Of a stretch of DNA of 24,000 nucleotides, positions 1 through 8,380 are shown in pieces. A model generated the notes under the pieces. The model did not search any database. It saw nothing but the letters and a program-made list of their open reading frames with translations, and was not told the origin of the DNA. Source of the DNA: an uncultured Burkholderiales bacterium (GTDB taxonomy: Bacteria > Actinomycetota > Acidimicrobiia > IMCC26256 > JAMXLJ01). A program made the translations under genes and the position numbers. The DNA lies in assembly GCA_964548555.1 (NCBI GenBank), contig CAZJSY010000002.1, positions 1-24,000 of the forward strand, written 5' to 3'. Every line of letters begins with the position of its first letter. Positions within the stretch are counted from its first letter, which is position 1.

Positions 1-61
1 CTTCCTGCGAGGCGTTGCGCGCGACTCCGAGGACGTCGTAGTAGTCGCGCCGGTCCGCCAT
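1..61 (-). CDS. dnaJ: Chaperone DnaJ, first 20 codons only (gene runs off the left edge)
   Basis: The reverse complement of 1..61 reads ATG GCG GAC CGG CGC GAC TAC TAC GAC GTC CTC GGA GTC GCG CGC AAC GCC TCG CAG GAA = MADRRDYYDVLGVARNASQE, a canonical J-domain start (DYYxxLGV). Its ATG (61..59) overlaps the grpE TAA stop (63..61) as TAATG. It follows dnaK-grpE as expected. It is absent from the ORF track because it is truncated. Confidence 0.8.
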   Translation of the reverse strand, partial: MADRRDYYDVLGVARNASQE

Positions 62-609
62 TACTCCGGCGACCTCGACACCACCACCCCGGCCGGGCGA
101 AGGATGGTCTCGTCGGTGCCGTAGCCGGGGCGCACGGCGGCCACGACGGTGCGGTCGGGCGCGTCCGCCTCGACGGTGCTCACCGCTTCGTCACGTGCGG
201 GATCGAACGGCCGGCCCACATCGTCGAAGCGCGGGAAGCCGAGGCGCGCGAGCACGGCGATCGCCTGGTCGAGGACCGCGCGGAGGCCCTGGACGAGCGG
301 GCCCTCCAAATCCTCGGCGTGCTGCAGCGCGCGCTCCAGGTTGTCGACGACGGGCAGCCACTCACTCGCGGTGCGACCGCGCTCGTCCGCGCGCTCGCGC
401 GCGAGCTCACGCGCGTACCGCTTCCGGAGGTTGTCGAGGTCGGCGAGCGCGCGGGTCAGTTGGTCCTCGAGTCGTGCGACCACCTGATCCGCCGGAGGCC
501 CGCTCCGAGTGGCGTCCGCCGACTCCGCCGGCTCAGGGAGGTCCCGGTCCGCGGCGTCGGCGACGGTCGGTCCCGAACGCTCGCCCTGGTTCACGGTGCT
601 GTCACTCAT
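61..609 (-). CDS. grpE: Nucleotide exchange factor GrpE (182 aa)
   Basis: ATG at 609..607, 30 nt downstream of the dnaK stop. Disordered acidic/Pro N-terminus, then a coiled-coil LEDQLTRALADLDNLRKRYARELARERADE and WLPVVDNLERAL typical of GrpE. The position between dnaK and dnaJ fits. Confidence 0.9.
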   Translation of the reverse strand: MSDSTVNQGERSGPTVADAADRDLPEPAESADATRSGPPADQVVARLEDQLTRALADLDNLRKRYARELARERADERGRTASEWLPVVDNLERALQHAEDLEGPLVQGLRAVLDQAIAVLARLGFPRFDDVGRPFDPARDEAVSTVEADAPDRTVVAAVRPGYGTDETILRPAGVVVSRSPE

Positions 610-639
610 GTCGATCCGTTCCCGTGTCGCGGTCGCGTG

Positions 640-2547
640 TCACCCAACGGTGAAGTCGGCGTCGATGACGTCGTCGTCGCCGGACCCCGGCTGGCCTCCT
701 CCGCCGTCGCCGGGCTGGCCGGGTGCCGGACCTGCGCCCGCTCCGGCGCTTGCACCTGCGGCCGCTTGGAGTGAGTGGAAGACCTGCTGCAGCTCGCCCG
801 TCAGCTCGCGCACGCGATCGAGTGGGGCCTGGTCGCGTACGGCCTGGCGCGCGTCCGCGATGAGCATCTCGGCGCGCGAACGTTCGTGCGACGGGACGGC
901 GTCTCCGAGCTCGCCGAGTCGCCGCTCCACCTGATACGCGACGCTGTCGAGCTCGTTGCGGGCATCGACCTCCTGGCGCAGTCGCTGGTCCTCGGCGCGG
1001 TTGCGCTCCGCATCCTGGATCATCCGCTCGACCTCGGCCTGGTCGAGGTTCGAGCTCTCGCTGATCGTGATGCGCTGCTCCGCTCCGGTGTCCTTGTCAC
1101 GCGCGGAGACGTTCACGATGCCGTTCGCGTCGATGTCGAAGGTCACGTCGATCTGCGGCTCACCACGGCGCGCGGGCCGTATTCCCTCGAGCCGAAAGCG
1201 ACCCAGCGCGCGGTTGTCGGCCGCGCGCTCGCGTTCACCCTGCAGGACGACGATGTCGACGGCGGACTGGTTGTCCTCTGCGGTGCTGAACGTCTCCGTT
1301 CTCCGTGCCGGGATGGTGGTGTTGCGCTCGATGACCCTCGTGTTCACGCCACCGAGGGTCTCGAGGCCGAGCGACAGCGGTGTCACGTCGAGCAGCAGGA
1401 CGTCCTGGACCTCGCCCTTGAGCACACCGGCCTGGATGGCCGCACCGACCGCGACGACCTCGTCGGGGTTCACGGTCATGTTCGGGTCCTTGCCACCGGT
1501 GAGCCGGCGCACGAGGTTCTGCACCGCGGGCATGCGGGTGGAGCCGCCCACGAGGATGACCTCGTCGATGTCGTCGGCCGTCACCTTCGCGTCGGCCATC
1601 GCCTGCTGGACCGGGCCGAGACAGCGCTCGAGCAGGTCGGAGGTGAGCTGTTCGAACGTCGCACGCGTGACCGTCATCACGAGGTGCTTGGGCCCGTTCG
1701 CGTCCGCGGTGATGAACGGCAGGTTCACCTGGGTCTGGGTGACCGCCGAGAGCTCGATCTTCGCCTTCTCGGCCGCCTCGACGAGCCGCTGCAGCGCCTG
1801 CGGGTCCTGACGCAGGTCGATGCCGTTCTCGCGCTTGAACTCCTCGGCCATGTAGTCGACGAGGCGGCGGTCGAAGTCGTCGCCACCGAGGTGGGTGTCG
1901 CCCGACGTGGCGCGAACCTCTACGACGCCGTCGCCGACGTCGAGAATGCTCACGTCGAAGGTGCCGCCGCCGAGGTCGAAGACGAGCACCGTCTCGCTCT
2001 GCTTCTTGTCGAGTCCGTAGGCGAGTGCGGCGGCGGTCGGCTCGTTGATGATGCGCAACACCTCGAGACCGGCGATGCGGCCTGCGTCGCGTGTCGCCTG
2101 TCGTTGTGCGTCGTTGAAGTACGCGGGCACGGTGATGACCGCCTCGGTGACGCGCTCGCCGAGGAACTTGCCCGCGTCGTCGGCGAGCTTGCGCAGGATC
2201 ATCGCCGAGACCTCTTCCGGCGAGACGAGCTTGTCGCGCACCTTGAAGCGGACCGTCCCGTCGGGCCCTTCCACGACGTCGAACGTCACCGTCTCGGCCT
2301 CGTTCTTGACCTCCGCGTAGCGGCGGCCGATGAAGCGTTTCGCCGAGTAGATGGTGCCCTTCGGGTTGAGGACGGCCTGCCGCTTGGCGAGTTGACCGAC
2401 GAGCCGTTCACCGTTCTCGAGGAACGCGACGACCGACGGTGTCGTCCGCGAACCCTCCGCGTTCGGGATGACGACCGGCTGTCCCGACTCGACGGTCGCG
2501 ATCACCGAGTTCGTCGTGCCCAGGTCGATGCCGACTGCCTTGGCCAT
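640..2547 (-). CDS. dnaK: Hsp70 chaperone DnaK (635 aa)
   Basis: The track ORF 640..2640 contains [17 protein letters not shown]..., [10 protein letters not shown] and [14 protein letters not shown], which are Hsp70 signatures. The true start is taken as the ATG at 2547..2545 (residue 32 of the track ORF), preceded by GGGAGGA with a 6-nt spacer. Gly/Asp-rich C-terminal tail. Confidence 0.97.
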   Translation of the reverse strand: MAKAVGIDLGTTNSVIATVESGQPVVIPNAEGSRTTPSVVAFLENGERLVGQLAKRQAVLNPKGTIYSAKRFIGRRYAEVKNEAETVTFDVVEGPDGTVRFKVRDKLVSPEEVSAMILRKLADDAGKFLGERVTEAVITVPAYFNDAQRQATRDAGRIAGLEVLRIINEPTAAALAYGLDKKQSETVLVFDLGGGTFDVSILDVGDGVVEVRATSGDTHLGGDDFDRRLVDYMAEEFKRENGIDLRQDPQALQRLVEAAEKAKIELSAVTQTQVNLPFITADANGPKHLVMTVTRATFEQLTSDLLERCLGPVQQAMADAKVTADDIDEVILVGGSTRMPAVQNLVRRLTGGKDPNMTVNPDEVVAVGAAIQAGVLKGEVQDVLLLDVTPLSLGLETLGGVNTRVIERNTTIPARRTETFSTAEDNQSAVDIVVLQGERERAADNRALGRFRLEGIRPARRGEPQIDVTFDIDANGIVNVSARDKDTGAEQRITISESSNLDQAEVERMIQDAERNRAEDQRLRQEVDARNELDSVAYQVERRLGELGDAVPSHERSRAEMLIADARQAVRDQAPLDRVRELTGELQQVFHSLQAAAGASAGAGAGPAPGQPGDGGGGQPGSGDDDVIDADFTVG

Positions 2548-2655
2548 CGTCTGTCCTCCCTCGCGAGCGCGCGCGAAAAGCCACGAGCCCGTCCACACGC
2601 GGTGCCTCCTATGAAAAGCCTCGCCATCGGGGCGCTCCAACTCACCACGCGATCA

Positions 2656-2693
2656 CGTAGTTCTCCGGGGCCGGAGCCGAAGAGCGAACTACG
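2656..2693. promoter_or_regulatory. Inverted repeat CGTAGTTC-N22-GAACTACG with nested CTCCGG/CCGGAG, in the dnaK / DUF2630-like divergent promoter region
   Basis: Read directly. 2656..2663 CGTAGTTC and 2686..2693 GAACTACG are exact reverse complements. An inner CTCCGG..CCGGAG lies at 2662..2675. It sits about 110-145 nt upstream of the dnaK ATG. Function unknown. Confidence 0.3.
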
Positions 2694-2770
2694 CGTGCAC
2701 GGGATGCCGGTGTCGCCGGCGGTTCCCATACTGCGGCGATCCCAGGGCAGACGATTCAGGGAGACGCCGC

Positions 2771-3223
2771 ATGATCTCGAGACGCGCCGGTGAGGAAGGC
2801 ACTGTCGTGAACGATCGCGAAGGCGATCTCTTCGAATTGCTTTCGGAGTTGCGGACCGAACGGGAGCAGCTGTGGGCGGTCTCGCTGTCGGGCAATCTCG
2901 ACGATCGCGGTCGCAAACGCCTCGCGACGCTCGATCGTGACGTCGAGCAGTGTTGGCAGCGTCTGCGACAGCGCCGGGCGCACGCGCGCATGACCGTGAC
3001 GAACGACGTGTCGCTGCGCTTGAGTCTGCGGTGCTCCGGCACGCTCGTCCGTCACCTCGACGACGTCCCGGTGCGTTGCAGTCTTGCGGGTGACTGTCCG
3101 GGCCTGGATCGCGAGCACGCCCGCAAGCTCCGCTGCCGTGATACGGGGGATCGCTGCACCGAATGCGAGCGGATCAGGGCCGCACGTTCCCGCCGGGTCG
3201 TACAGGCCGGCTCCGACAGGTAG
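2771..3223 (+). CDS. DUF2630-like small protein with an atypical Cys/Arg-rich C-terminal extension (150 aa as read; 3' extent uncertain)
   Basis: ATG 2771 is preceded by AGGGAGA with a 6-nt spacer. Residues 15-70 (GDLFELLSELRTEREQLWAV...RKRLATLDRDVEQCWQRLRQRRA) match my recollection of the actinobacterial DUF2630 pattern (...LDQCWDLLRQRRA). GC3 is about 74-79%, lower than about 88% in hhyL. The tail after residue 72 looks unlike the family. See findings. Confidence 0.45.
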   Translation: MISRRAGEEGTVVNDREGDLFELLSELRTEREQLWAVSLSGNLDDRGRKRLATLDRDVEQCWQRLRQRRAHARMTVTNDVSLRLSLRCSGTLVRHLDDVPVRCSLAGDCPGLDREHARKLRCRDTGDRCTECERIRAARSRRVVQAGSDR

Positions 3224-3236
3224 AACCGGGTAGAAC
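3219..3236. repeat. Direct repeat GGTAGAAC x2 with 10-bp periodicity
   Basis: GGTAGAAC at 3219..3226 and 3229..3236, read directly. It is followed by the hairpin AACCGG-GGC-CCGGTT (3239..3253). The first copy contains the TAG stop of the upstream ORF. Confidence 0.4.
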
Positions 3237-3287
3237 ACAACCGGGGCCCGGTTCGGACCGACCGGGCACGGCGCACAGCAACCTGGC

Positions 3288-3319
3288 GTCGTTTTGGTAC
3301 CGGCGCGGTACCAAACGAC
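3288..3319. promoter_or_regulatory. Near-perfect 14/15-bp inverted repeat GTCGTTTTGGTACCG-GCG-CGGTACCAAACGAC upstream of hypF (operator or terminator-like hairpin)
   Basis: Read directly. The arms are reverse complements apart from one extra T in the left arm. It contains two GGTACC sites 5 nt apart. It lies 86 nt upstream of the hypF ATG and 65 nt downstream of the preceding ORF stop. Confidence 0.4.
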
Positions 3320-3404
3320 ACCTGAGGGAAGGCGGGGGGGGCGCGGTGGTTCTGGGCCACACGGCGACCGATCGCCGAGGCGGCTCGCCGGCCGCCGGCG
3401 GCCG

Positions 3405-5711
3405 ATGACGCGCGCCGACCCGCGTGTCAGGGTTCGCGTGCGCATCGAGGGCATCGTGCAAGGGGTCGGCTTCCGGCCGTTCGTCCATGGTCTCGCGACG
3501 GATCTGGGCCTCGCGGGATGGGTACGCAACGACGTGAAAGGCGTCGTCGTGGAGGTCGAGGGCGATGCCGGCGCGATCTCCCGGTTCGTCTCGTCCATCG
3601 AGGACGGCGGCCCGCCGATGGCCGTGATCGAGCGGGTCGCGAGCGAGCACGTCGAGCCGGTCGGTGCGTCGAGCTTCGTCATCGACGAGAGCGATCGCAG
3701 CGGTCAGCGCCGCGCGCTCGTGTCGCCGGACGTCGCGACCTGTCAGGAGTGCTTGCGCGAACTGACAGACCCTGCCGATCGACGGTTCGCGTACCCGTTC
3801 GTCAACTGCACCAACTGCGGCCCGCGGTTCACCATCGTCGTCGACGTTCCCTACGACCGGGCCAATACCACCATGGCCGGGTTCGCTCTGTGCGCGGCCT
3901 GCTCGGTCGAGTACCGGAATCCCGCGAACCGGCGGTTCCACGCGGAGCCTGTCTGTTGCGCCGCGTGCGGGCCGCGCATGCTTCTCGTCGACCGAACGGG
4001 CGCCCCGATGCCCGGCGCGGGCGAACCGGTTGCGGGCGCGGGCCGGCTGCTGCACGAGGACGCGGTGCTCGCCGTGAAGGGCCTCGGCGGATACCACCTT
4101 GCGGCGCTCGCATCGTCGGACGACGCCGTGCGCGCGCTGCGGGCGCGGAAGCACCGGGAAGAGAAGCCGTTCGCTGTGATGGCCGCGAACCTCGACGACG
4201 CGCGTCTGCTGTGCACCGTCGACGACGCCGAGGCCGCCGTGCTCACGAGCCCGCGACGTCCGATCGTGCTCCTTCGAAGGCGTCCCGATGCAACGGTCGC
4301 CGGGGCGGTCGCGCCGCGGAACCGCGCGCTCGGCGTGATACTGCCGTACACGCCGCTGCATCACCTGCTGCTCGCGGAGGTCGGCGCCCCCATCGTCCTC
4401 ACGAGCGGCAACGTCTCCGACGAGCCCATCGTCACCGACGACGACCTGGCGTTGGAGCGCCTGAACCCGATCGCCGACGCCTTTCTCACGCACGATCGGC
4501 CCATTCACACCCGGGCCGACGACTCGGTCACGCGCGTGTTCCGCGGTCGCGAGATGGTGGTGCGACGCTCCCGTGGCTACGCACCCGAACCCGTGACGCT
4601 GACCCACCCGGCGCCGCGCCCGGTGCTCGGGTGCGGCGCCGAGTTGAAGAACACGTTCTGCGTCGCGAAGGAAGCGCACGCGTTCGTCTCACACCACATC
4701 GGTGACCTCGAGAACTTCGACACGCTCCGGTCGTACACCGAGGGCATCGAACACTTCTGCCGTCTCTTCGACGTGACGCCGGAGATCGTCGCCCACGACC
4801 TGCACCCCGAATACCTGTCGACGAAGTACGCGCTCTCAGTCGAGGGCGTCGACCTCGTGGGCGTGCAACACCACCACGCACACATCGCGTCGTGCCTCGC
4901 CGACAATGGCACCGACGACGCGGTGATCGGCATCGCGTTCGACGGTCTGGGCTACGGGACCGACGGCACCATCTGGGGCGGCGAGATCCTCGTCGCCGAC
5001 CTTCACACCTCCGAGCGGCTGGGTCATCTCGCGACCGTGCCGATGCCCGGCGGCGCGGCCGCGATCCGCGAGCCGTGGCGCATGGCGGCGGCGTATCTCG
5101 ACGTGGCGTACGGAGACTCCGTGCCGCCCGTGCTGGACGTGATGACGCGCAACGGGCGCCAGTGGGCCGACGTGCTCGCGATCGCGTCGGCACGGATCAA
5201 CTCGCCGCTCACGTCGAGCGCCGGGCGTCTGTTCGACGCGGTCGCCGCGCTGCTCGGCGTACGTGACCGCGTGACCTACGAGGGCCAGGCCGCGATCGAG
5301 CTCGAGCAGCGCGCGGATCCCGACGAACGCGGCGCCTACGACACACCGATCAGCGACGACGGTGAGCTGGTGATCCACTCCGAAGCTCTCGTGCGCGCCG
5401 CGGTCGAGGACCTCCTCGCCGGTGCCGAGCTCGCCGCGATCGCAGCACGGTTCCACAACGGTGTGGCCGCGTTCGTGGCCGACGCTGCGGTCGCGGCGCG
5501 CGATCGCACGTCGATCGACCGTGTCGCGCTGTCCGGAGGCGTGTTCCAGAACCTGCTGCTGCTCGAGCGAACGGTGGATCTCCTGGAGCGCGACGGGTTC
5601 CGCGTGCTCGTGCACTCACGCGTGCCGCCGAACGACGGCGGCATCAGTCTCGGTCAGGTGGCGGTCGCGGCCCGTGCCGTCACGGCCGGGGCCAGTACGG
5701 GGCGTCGTTGA
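3405..5711 (+). CDS. hypF: [NiFe]-hydrogenase maturation carbamoyltransferase HypF (768 aa)
   Basis: Starts at ATG 3405 (MTRADPRVRVRVRIEGIVQGVGFRPFV = acylphosphatase-like domain). Two zinc-finger pairs are present (CQEC...CTNCGPRF and CAAC...CCAACGPR). These are followed by a YrdC-like segment (LLHEDAVLAVKGLGGYHLA) and a Kae1-like C-terminal part ending ...PPNDGGISLGQVAVA. The track ORF begins at a TTG at 3294, judged an upstream extension. Confidence 0.95.
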   Translation: MTRADPRVRVRVRIEGIVQGVGFRPFVHGLATDLGLAGWVRNDVKGVVVEVEGDAGAISRFVSSIEDGGPPMAVIERVASEHVEPVGASSFVIDESDRSGQRRALVSPDVATCQECLRELTDPADRRFAYPFVNCTNCGPRFTIVVDVPYDRANTTMAGFALCAACSVEYRNPANRRFHAEPVCCAACGPRMLLVDRTGAPMPGAGEPVAGAGRLLHEDAVLAVKGLGGYHLAALASSDDAVRALRARKHREEKPFAVMAANLDDARLLCTVDDAEAAVLTSPRRPIVLLRRRPDATVAGAVAPRNRALGVILPYTPLHHLLLAEVGAPIVLTSGNVSDEPIVTDDDLALERLNPIADAFLTHDRPIHTRADDSVTRVFRGREMVVRRSRGYAPEPVTLTHPAPRPVLGCGAELKNTFCVAKEAHAFVSHHIGDLENFDTLRSYTEGIEHFCRLFDVTPEIVAHDLHPEYLSTKYALSVEGVDLVGVQHHHAHIASCLADNGTDDAVIGIAFDGLGYGTDGTIWGGEILVADLHTSERLGHLATVPMPGGAAAIREPWRMAAAYLDVAYGDSVPPVLDVMTRNGRQWADVLAIASARINSPLTSSAGRLFDAVAALLGVRDRVTYEGQAAIELEQRADPDERGAYDTPISDDGELVIHSEALVRAAVEDLLAGAELAAIAARFHNGVAAFVADAAVAARDRTSIDRVALSGGVFQNLLLLERTVDLLERDGFRVLVHSRVPPNDGGISLGQVAVAARAVTAGASTGRR

Positions 5712-6087
5712 TCGGATCCTCCGGGAGCACGCCCGTGGAGTAACGCGCGTTCGACAAGCCGGCCGGCCGGTCCGCGCCCTGGACCCGGCGCCAGATACGA
5801 CCTGGTTCCTTCCGCTTGAAGGCGAGCATGTTGCCCTGCTGGTTGATGCTCTGCCCGACGAACTGGGTCGCCGGGTCCGGCTTCACGACCGGCCGGCCCC
5901 GTGACGACGATTGCGTCGGGCGCCCCTCGAACGCGCGGTCACCCGCCTGGCGGGCCGTCGGGCTCGCCCGCCCGACGTCGGGACCGGTGCCGTGGGCGCT
6001 CTCCCCGCCGAATGCGCCGATCGGTTCCTGGGCCTCACCGTTCCCGCCGAACGACGTCCCGCCTGTGTCTCCTTGGTCTCGAGCCAT
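5680..6087 (-). CDS. Hypothetical protein, Gly-rich disordered N-terminus plus a conserved-looking C-terminal half (135 aa)
   Basis: ATG 6087..6085 is preceded by GAAGGGG with a 6-nt spacer. GC3 is about 87% (18 of 135 codons end in A/T). It lies 60 nt downstream of hypE on the same strand. Its last 32 nt overlap the 3' end of the convergent hypF. No family recognised. Confidence 0.6.
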   Translation of the reverse strand: MARDQGDTGGTSFGGNGEAQEPIGAFGGESAHGTGPDVGRASPTARQAGDRAFEGRPTQSSSRGRPVVKPDPATQFVGQSINQQGNMLAFKRKEPGRIWRRVQGADRPAGLSNARYSTGVLPEDPINDAPYWPRP

Positions 6088-6147
6088 GTCGGACCCCTTC
6101 GTTCGATCTCAGCCGTTGGTACCCGATCCGCTCACCTGCCGAACCGG

Positions 6148-7242
6148 TCAGCAGATGCGGGGGAGCGGATCACCGATGAGCAGGTCGACGATGCGCGTGC
6201 CGCCGAACTCCGTGCGCAGCAGCACGAGGCCGGGCGGGTCGTCGCGCACGGTTCCGACTCGCGCCGCGTCACAGCCGAGCGGATGCGAGCGCAGCGCGTC
6301 GAGCGCCGCGTCCGCCTCGTTGCCGTCGACGACCGTGACGAGGCGGCCCTCGCACGCGACGTACAGCGGGTCGATGCCCAGCAGTTCGCACGCTCCCCGC
6401 ACCTCGGGCCGCACCGGCACCGCGGCCTCGTCGAGCACCACCGCGACGCCTGCCGCGGCCGCCACCTCGTTCGCGATGGTCGCGACGCCGCCCCGTGTCG
6501 CGTCGCGCAGGCAGCGGACGCCGGGCGCTGCGTCAAGCAGCTGCGCGGCGATCGCGGCGAGCGGCGCGGTATCGGAGCGCAGGTCGGACTCCAGTGCGAG
6601 CTGCCCGCGGGCGAGCATGATGGTGACGCCGTGGTCGCCGATCGGTCCCGACACGATGACGGCGTCTCCGGGACGTGCGTTCGCCGCCGCGAGCGTGACG
6701 GGCCGTTCGAGGACGCCGACCCCCGCGGTGGTGATGTAGCAGCCGTCGGCCTTGCCCCGTTCGACCACCTTGGTGTCGCCCGTGACGATCTGCACACCCG
6801 CCCGGGCGGCGGCGGTCGCCATCGACGACGCGATGCGGCGCAGATCGGCGACGGGAAAGCCCTCTTCGAGGACGAATGCCGCCGAGAGATGCAGCGGCCG
6901 CGCGCCCGACATCGCGAGGTCGTTCACCGTTCCGTTGACCGCGAGGTCGCCGATGTCGCCGCCGGGAAAGAAGAGTGGCGACACGACGAACGAGTCGGTG
7001 GTGAACGCGAGCCGCCGGCCGTCGACGGAGAACACGGCCTGGTCCTCGAGCGGTTCGAGCAACGGATTGCGGAACGCGGGGAGGAACAGCGCCTCCACGA
7101 GCGTGCGGCTGGCCTTCCCGCCCGCGCCGTGGGCCATGCTGATGCGCTCCTCACGGATCGCGGGAACCCGCCGTCGAGCACGCTCGATGCGCTCCAGAAC
7201 CTGTTGCTGCCTCGCGTCGATGTTCATGGCTCCCGGACTCAT
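6148..7242 (-). CDS. hypE: Hydrogenase maturation protein HypE (364 aa)
   Basis: Contains MAHGAGGKASRTLVE, DLAVNGTVNDLAMSGA and IVTGDTKVV, and ends with the diagnostic C-terminal PRIC. The start is chosen as ATG 7242..7240, which overlaps the hypD TGA (7241..7239) as ATGA. An alternative ATG is at 7227. Confidence 0.93.
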   Translation of the reverse strand: MSPGAMNIDARQQQVLERIERARRRVPAIREERISMAHGAGGKASRTLVEALFLPAFRNPLLEPLEDQAVFSVDGRRLAFTTDSFVVSPLFFPGGDIGDLAVNGTVNDLAMSGARPLHLSAAFVLEEGFPVADLRRIASSMATAAARAGVQIVTGDTKVVERGKADGCYITTAGVGVLERPVTLAAANARPGDAVIVSGPIGDHGVTIMLARGQLALESDLRSDTAPLAAIAAQLLDAAPGVRCLRDATRGGVATIANEVAAAAGVAVVLDEAAVPVRPEVRGACELLGIDPLYVACEGRLVTVVDGNEADAALDALRSHPLGCDAARVGTVRDDPPGLVLLRTEFGGTRIVDLLIGDPLPRIC

Positions 7243-8363
7243 CTGACCGTGGCGCGCACGCGGGTGCGGGTGAAGCGGCCGAAGTTGTAGAACGCCGCGC
7301 ACGCGCCCTCCGACGAGACCATGCACGTGCCGATCGGAGTCTCCGGTGTGCATGCCGTGCCGAAGACCTTGCACTCCCATGGTTTGATCGCGCCCTTCAG
7401 CACCTCGCCACACTGGCACGCTTTGGGATCGGCGACCCGGTTGCCCGGTATGTCGAAAATGCGCTCCGCGTCGAAGCGCGCGTACGCGTCACGCATCTGG
7501 AGCGCCGAATGGGAGATGAACCCGAGGCCGCGCCATTCGAAGTAGGGCCGAAGCTCCATGACCTCGGAGATGACGCGCAGCGCCTTGGGGTTTCCGTTCC
7601 ATGGCACGACCCGCCGGTACTGGTTCTCCACCTCCACGCGGCCGTCGTGCAACTGGTCGAGCAACATCGCGATCGCCTGCAGGATGTCCAACGGCTCGAA
7701 ACCCGCGGTCACGAGCGGACGTCCGTACTGGCGCACCACGAACTCGTATGGGCGGCATCCGATCACGGTGGAGACGTGACCGGGGCCGAGGAACCCGTCG
7801 AGACGAAGGTCGGGGGAGTCGAGGATGGCCTTGATCGCGGGCACGATCGTGACGTGATTGCAGAACACGGAGAAGTTGGTGACGTCCTCGTTCGCGGCCC
7901 GCAACACGGTCATCGCGGTCGACGGCGCGGTGGTCTCGAACCCGATCGCGAGGAAGACGACCCGGCGATCGGGGTTCTCGCGTGCGATGCGGAGCGCGTC
8001 GAGCGGTGAGTACACCATCCGGACGTCGGCTCCACGCGCGCGTGCGTCGAGGAACGAGCCCTTTCCGCCGGGCACGCGCATCATGTCGCCGAAGGTCGTC
8101 AGGACCACGTCCGGTTGCTCCGCGATCGCCATCGCATCGTCGATGCGCCCCATCGGGATGACGCAGACCGGGCAGCCCGGACCGTGTACCAGTGTCACGG
8201 TCTCCGGGAGGTAGTCCTCGATTCCGTGCTTGTAGATCGTGTGCGTATGGCCCCCGCACACCTCCATGAACTTGTACTCGCGTCCCGGTTCACAACGTGA
8301 AGCGATCTGGGCTGCGAGCGCCTGAGCCTTTCCGGCGTCGCGGTACTCGTCGACGTAGCGCAC
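7239..8363 (-). CDS. hypD: Hydrogenase maturation Fe-S protein HypD (374 aa)
   Basis: MRYVDEYRDAGKAQALAAQI, MEVCGGHTHTI, HGPGCPVCVIP and GFETTAPSTA are HypD motifs. GTG start 8363..8361 is preceded by AAGGAGGT with a 4-nt spacer. Confidence 0.95.
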   Translation of the reverse strand: MRYVDEYRDAGKAQALAAQIASRCEPGREYKFMEVCGGHTHTIYKHGIEDYLPETVTLVHGPGCPVCVIPMGRIDDAMAIAEQPDVVLTTFGDMMRVPGGKGSFLDARARGADVRMVYSPLDALRIARENPDRRVVFLAIGFETTAPSTAMTVLRAANEDVTNFSVFCNHVTIVPAIKAILDSPDLRLDGFLGPGHVSTVIGCRPYEFVVRQYGRPLVTAGFEPLDILQAIAMLLDQLHDGRVEVENQYRRVVPWNGNPKALRVISEVMELRPYFEWRGLGFISHSALQMRDAYARFDAERIFDIPGNRVADPKACQCGEVLKGAIKPWECKVFGTACTPETPIGTCMVSSEGACAAFYNFGRFTRTRVRATVR

Positions 8364-8380
8364 GACACCTCCTTCGATCG

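Noticed and set aside
2575-2620. Direct repeat of the A-rich octamer GAAAAGCC (2575..2582 and 2613..2620) in the dnaK leader
   Set aside because: A single 8-mer recurrence within about 200 bp is within chance expectation, and the flanks show no extended similarity.
775-2793. 672-aa plus-strand ORF covering the whole dnaK locus
   Set aside because: It is the antisense shadow of dnaK. The translation is Arg/Leu/Asp/Val-rich without motifs, whereas the minus strand encodes an unmistakable Hsp70. Long open antisense frames are expected at about 70% GC.
3000-3238. Possible minus-strand helix-turn-helix protein (…ITAAELAGVLAIQARTVTRKTA…) opposite the tail of the DUF2630-like ORF
   Set aside because: The only candidate start is a GTG at 3238 with no Shine-Dalgarno sequence. 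The frame would have to read antisense through the well-matching DUF2630-like segment down to 2756, and GC3 is no better than on the plus strand. It is kept as an alternative in the findings, not called.
3334-3341. G8 homopolymer as a slipped-strand phase-variation switch for hypF
   Set aside because: It lies upstream of the preferred ATG (3405) in a non-coding leader. G/C runs of this length are not rare at this GC content, for example GGGGTGGGGGGTGG at 11945..11958. There is no evidence of variation from a single sequence.
3174-7290. 501-aa minus ORF (3174..4679) opposite hypF, and the 459-aa (5911..7290) and 307-aa (5816..6739) plus ORFs opposite hypE
   Set aside because: All are shadows of well-supported hyp genes. 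They are Arg/Pro-rich junk translations with no start-site support.
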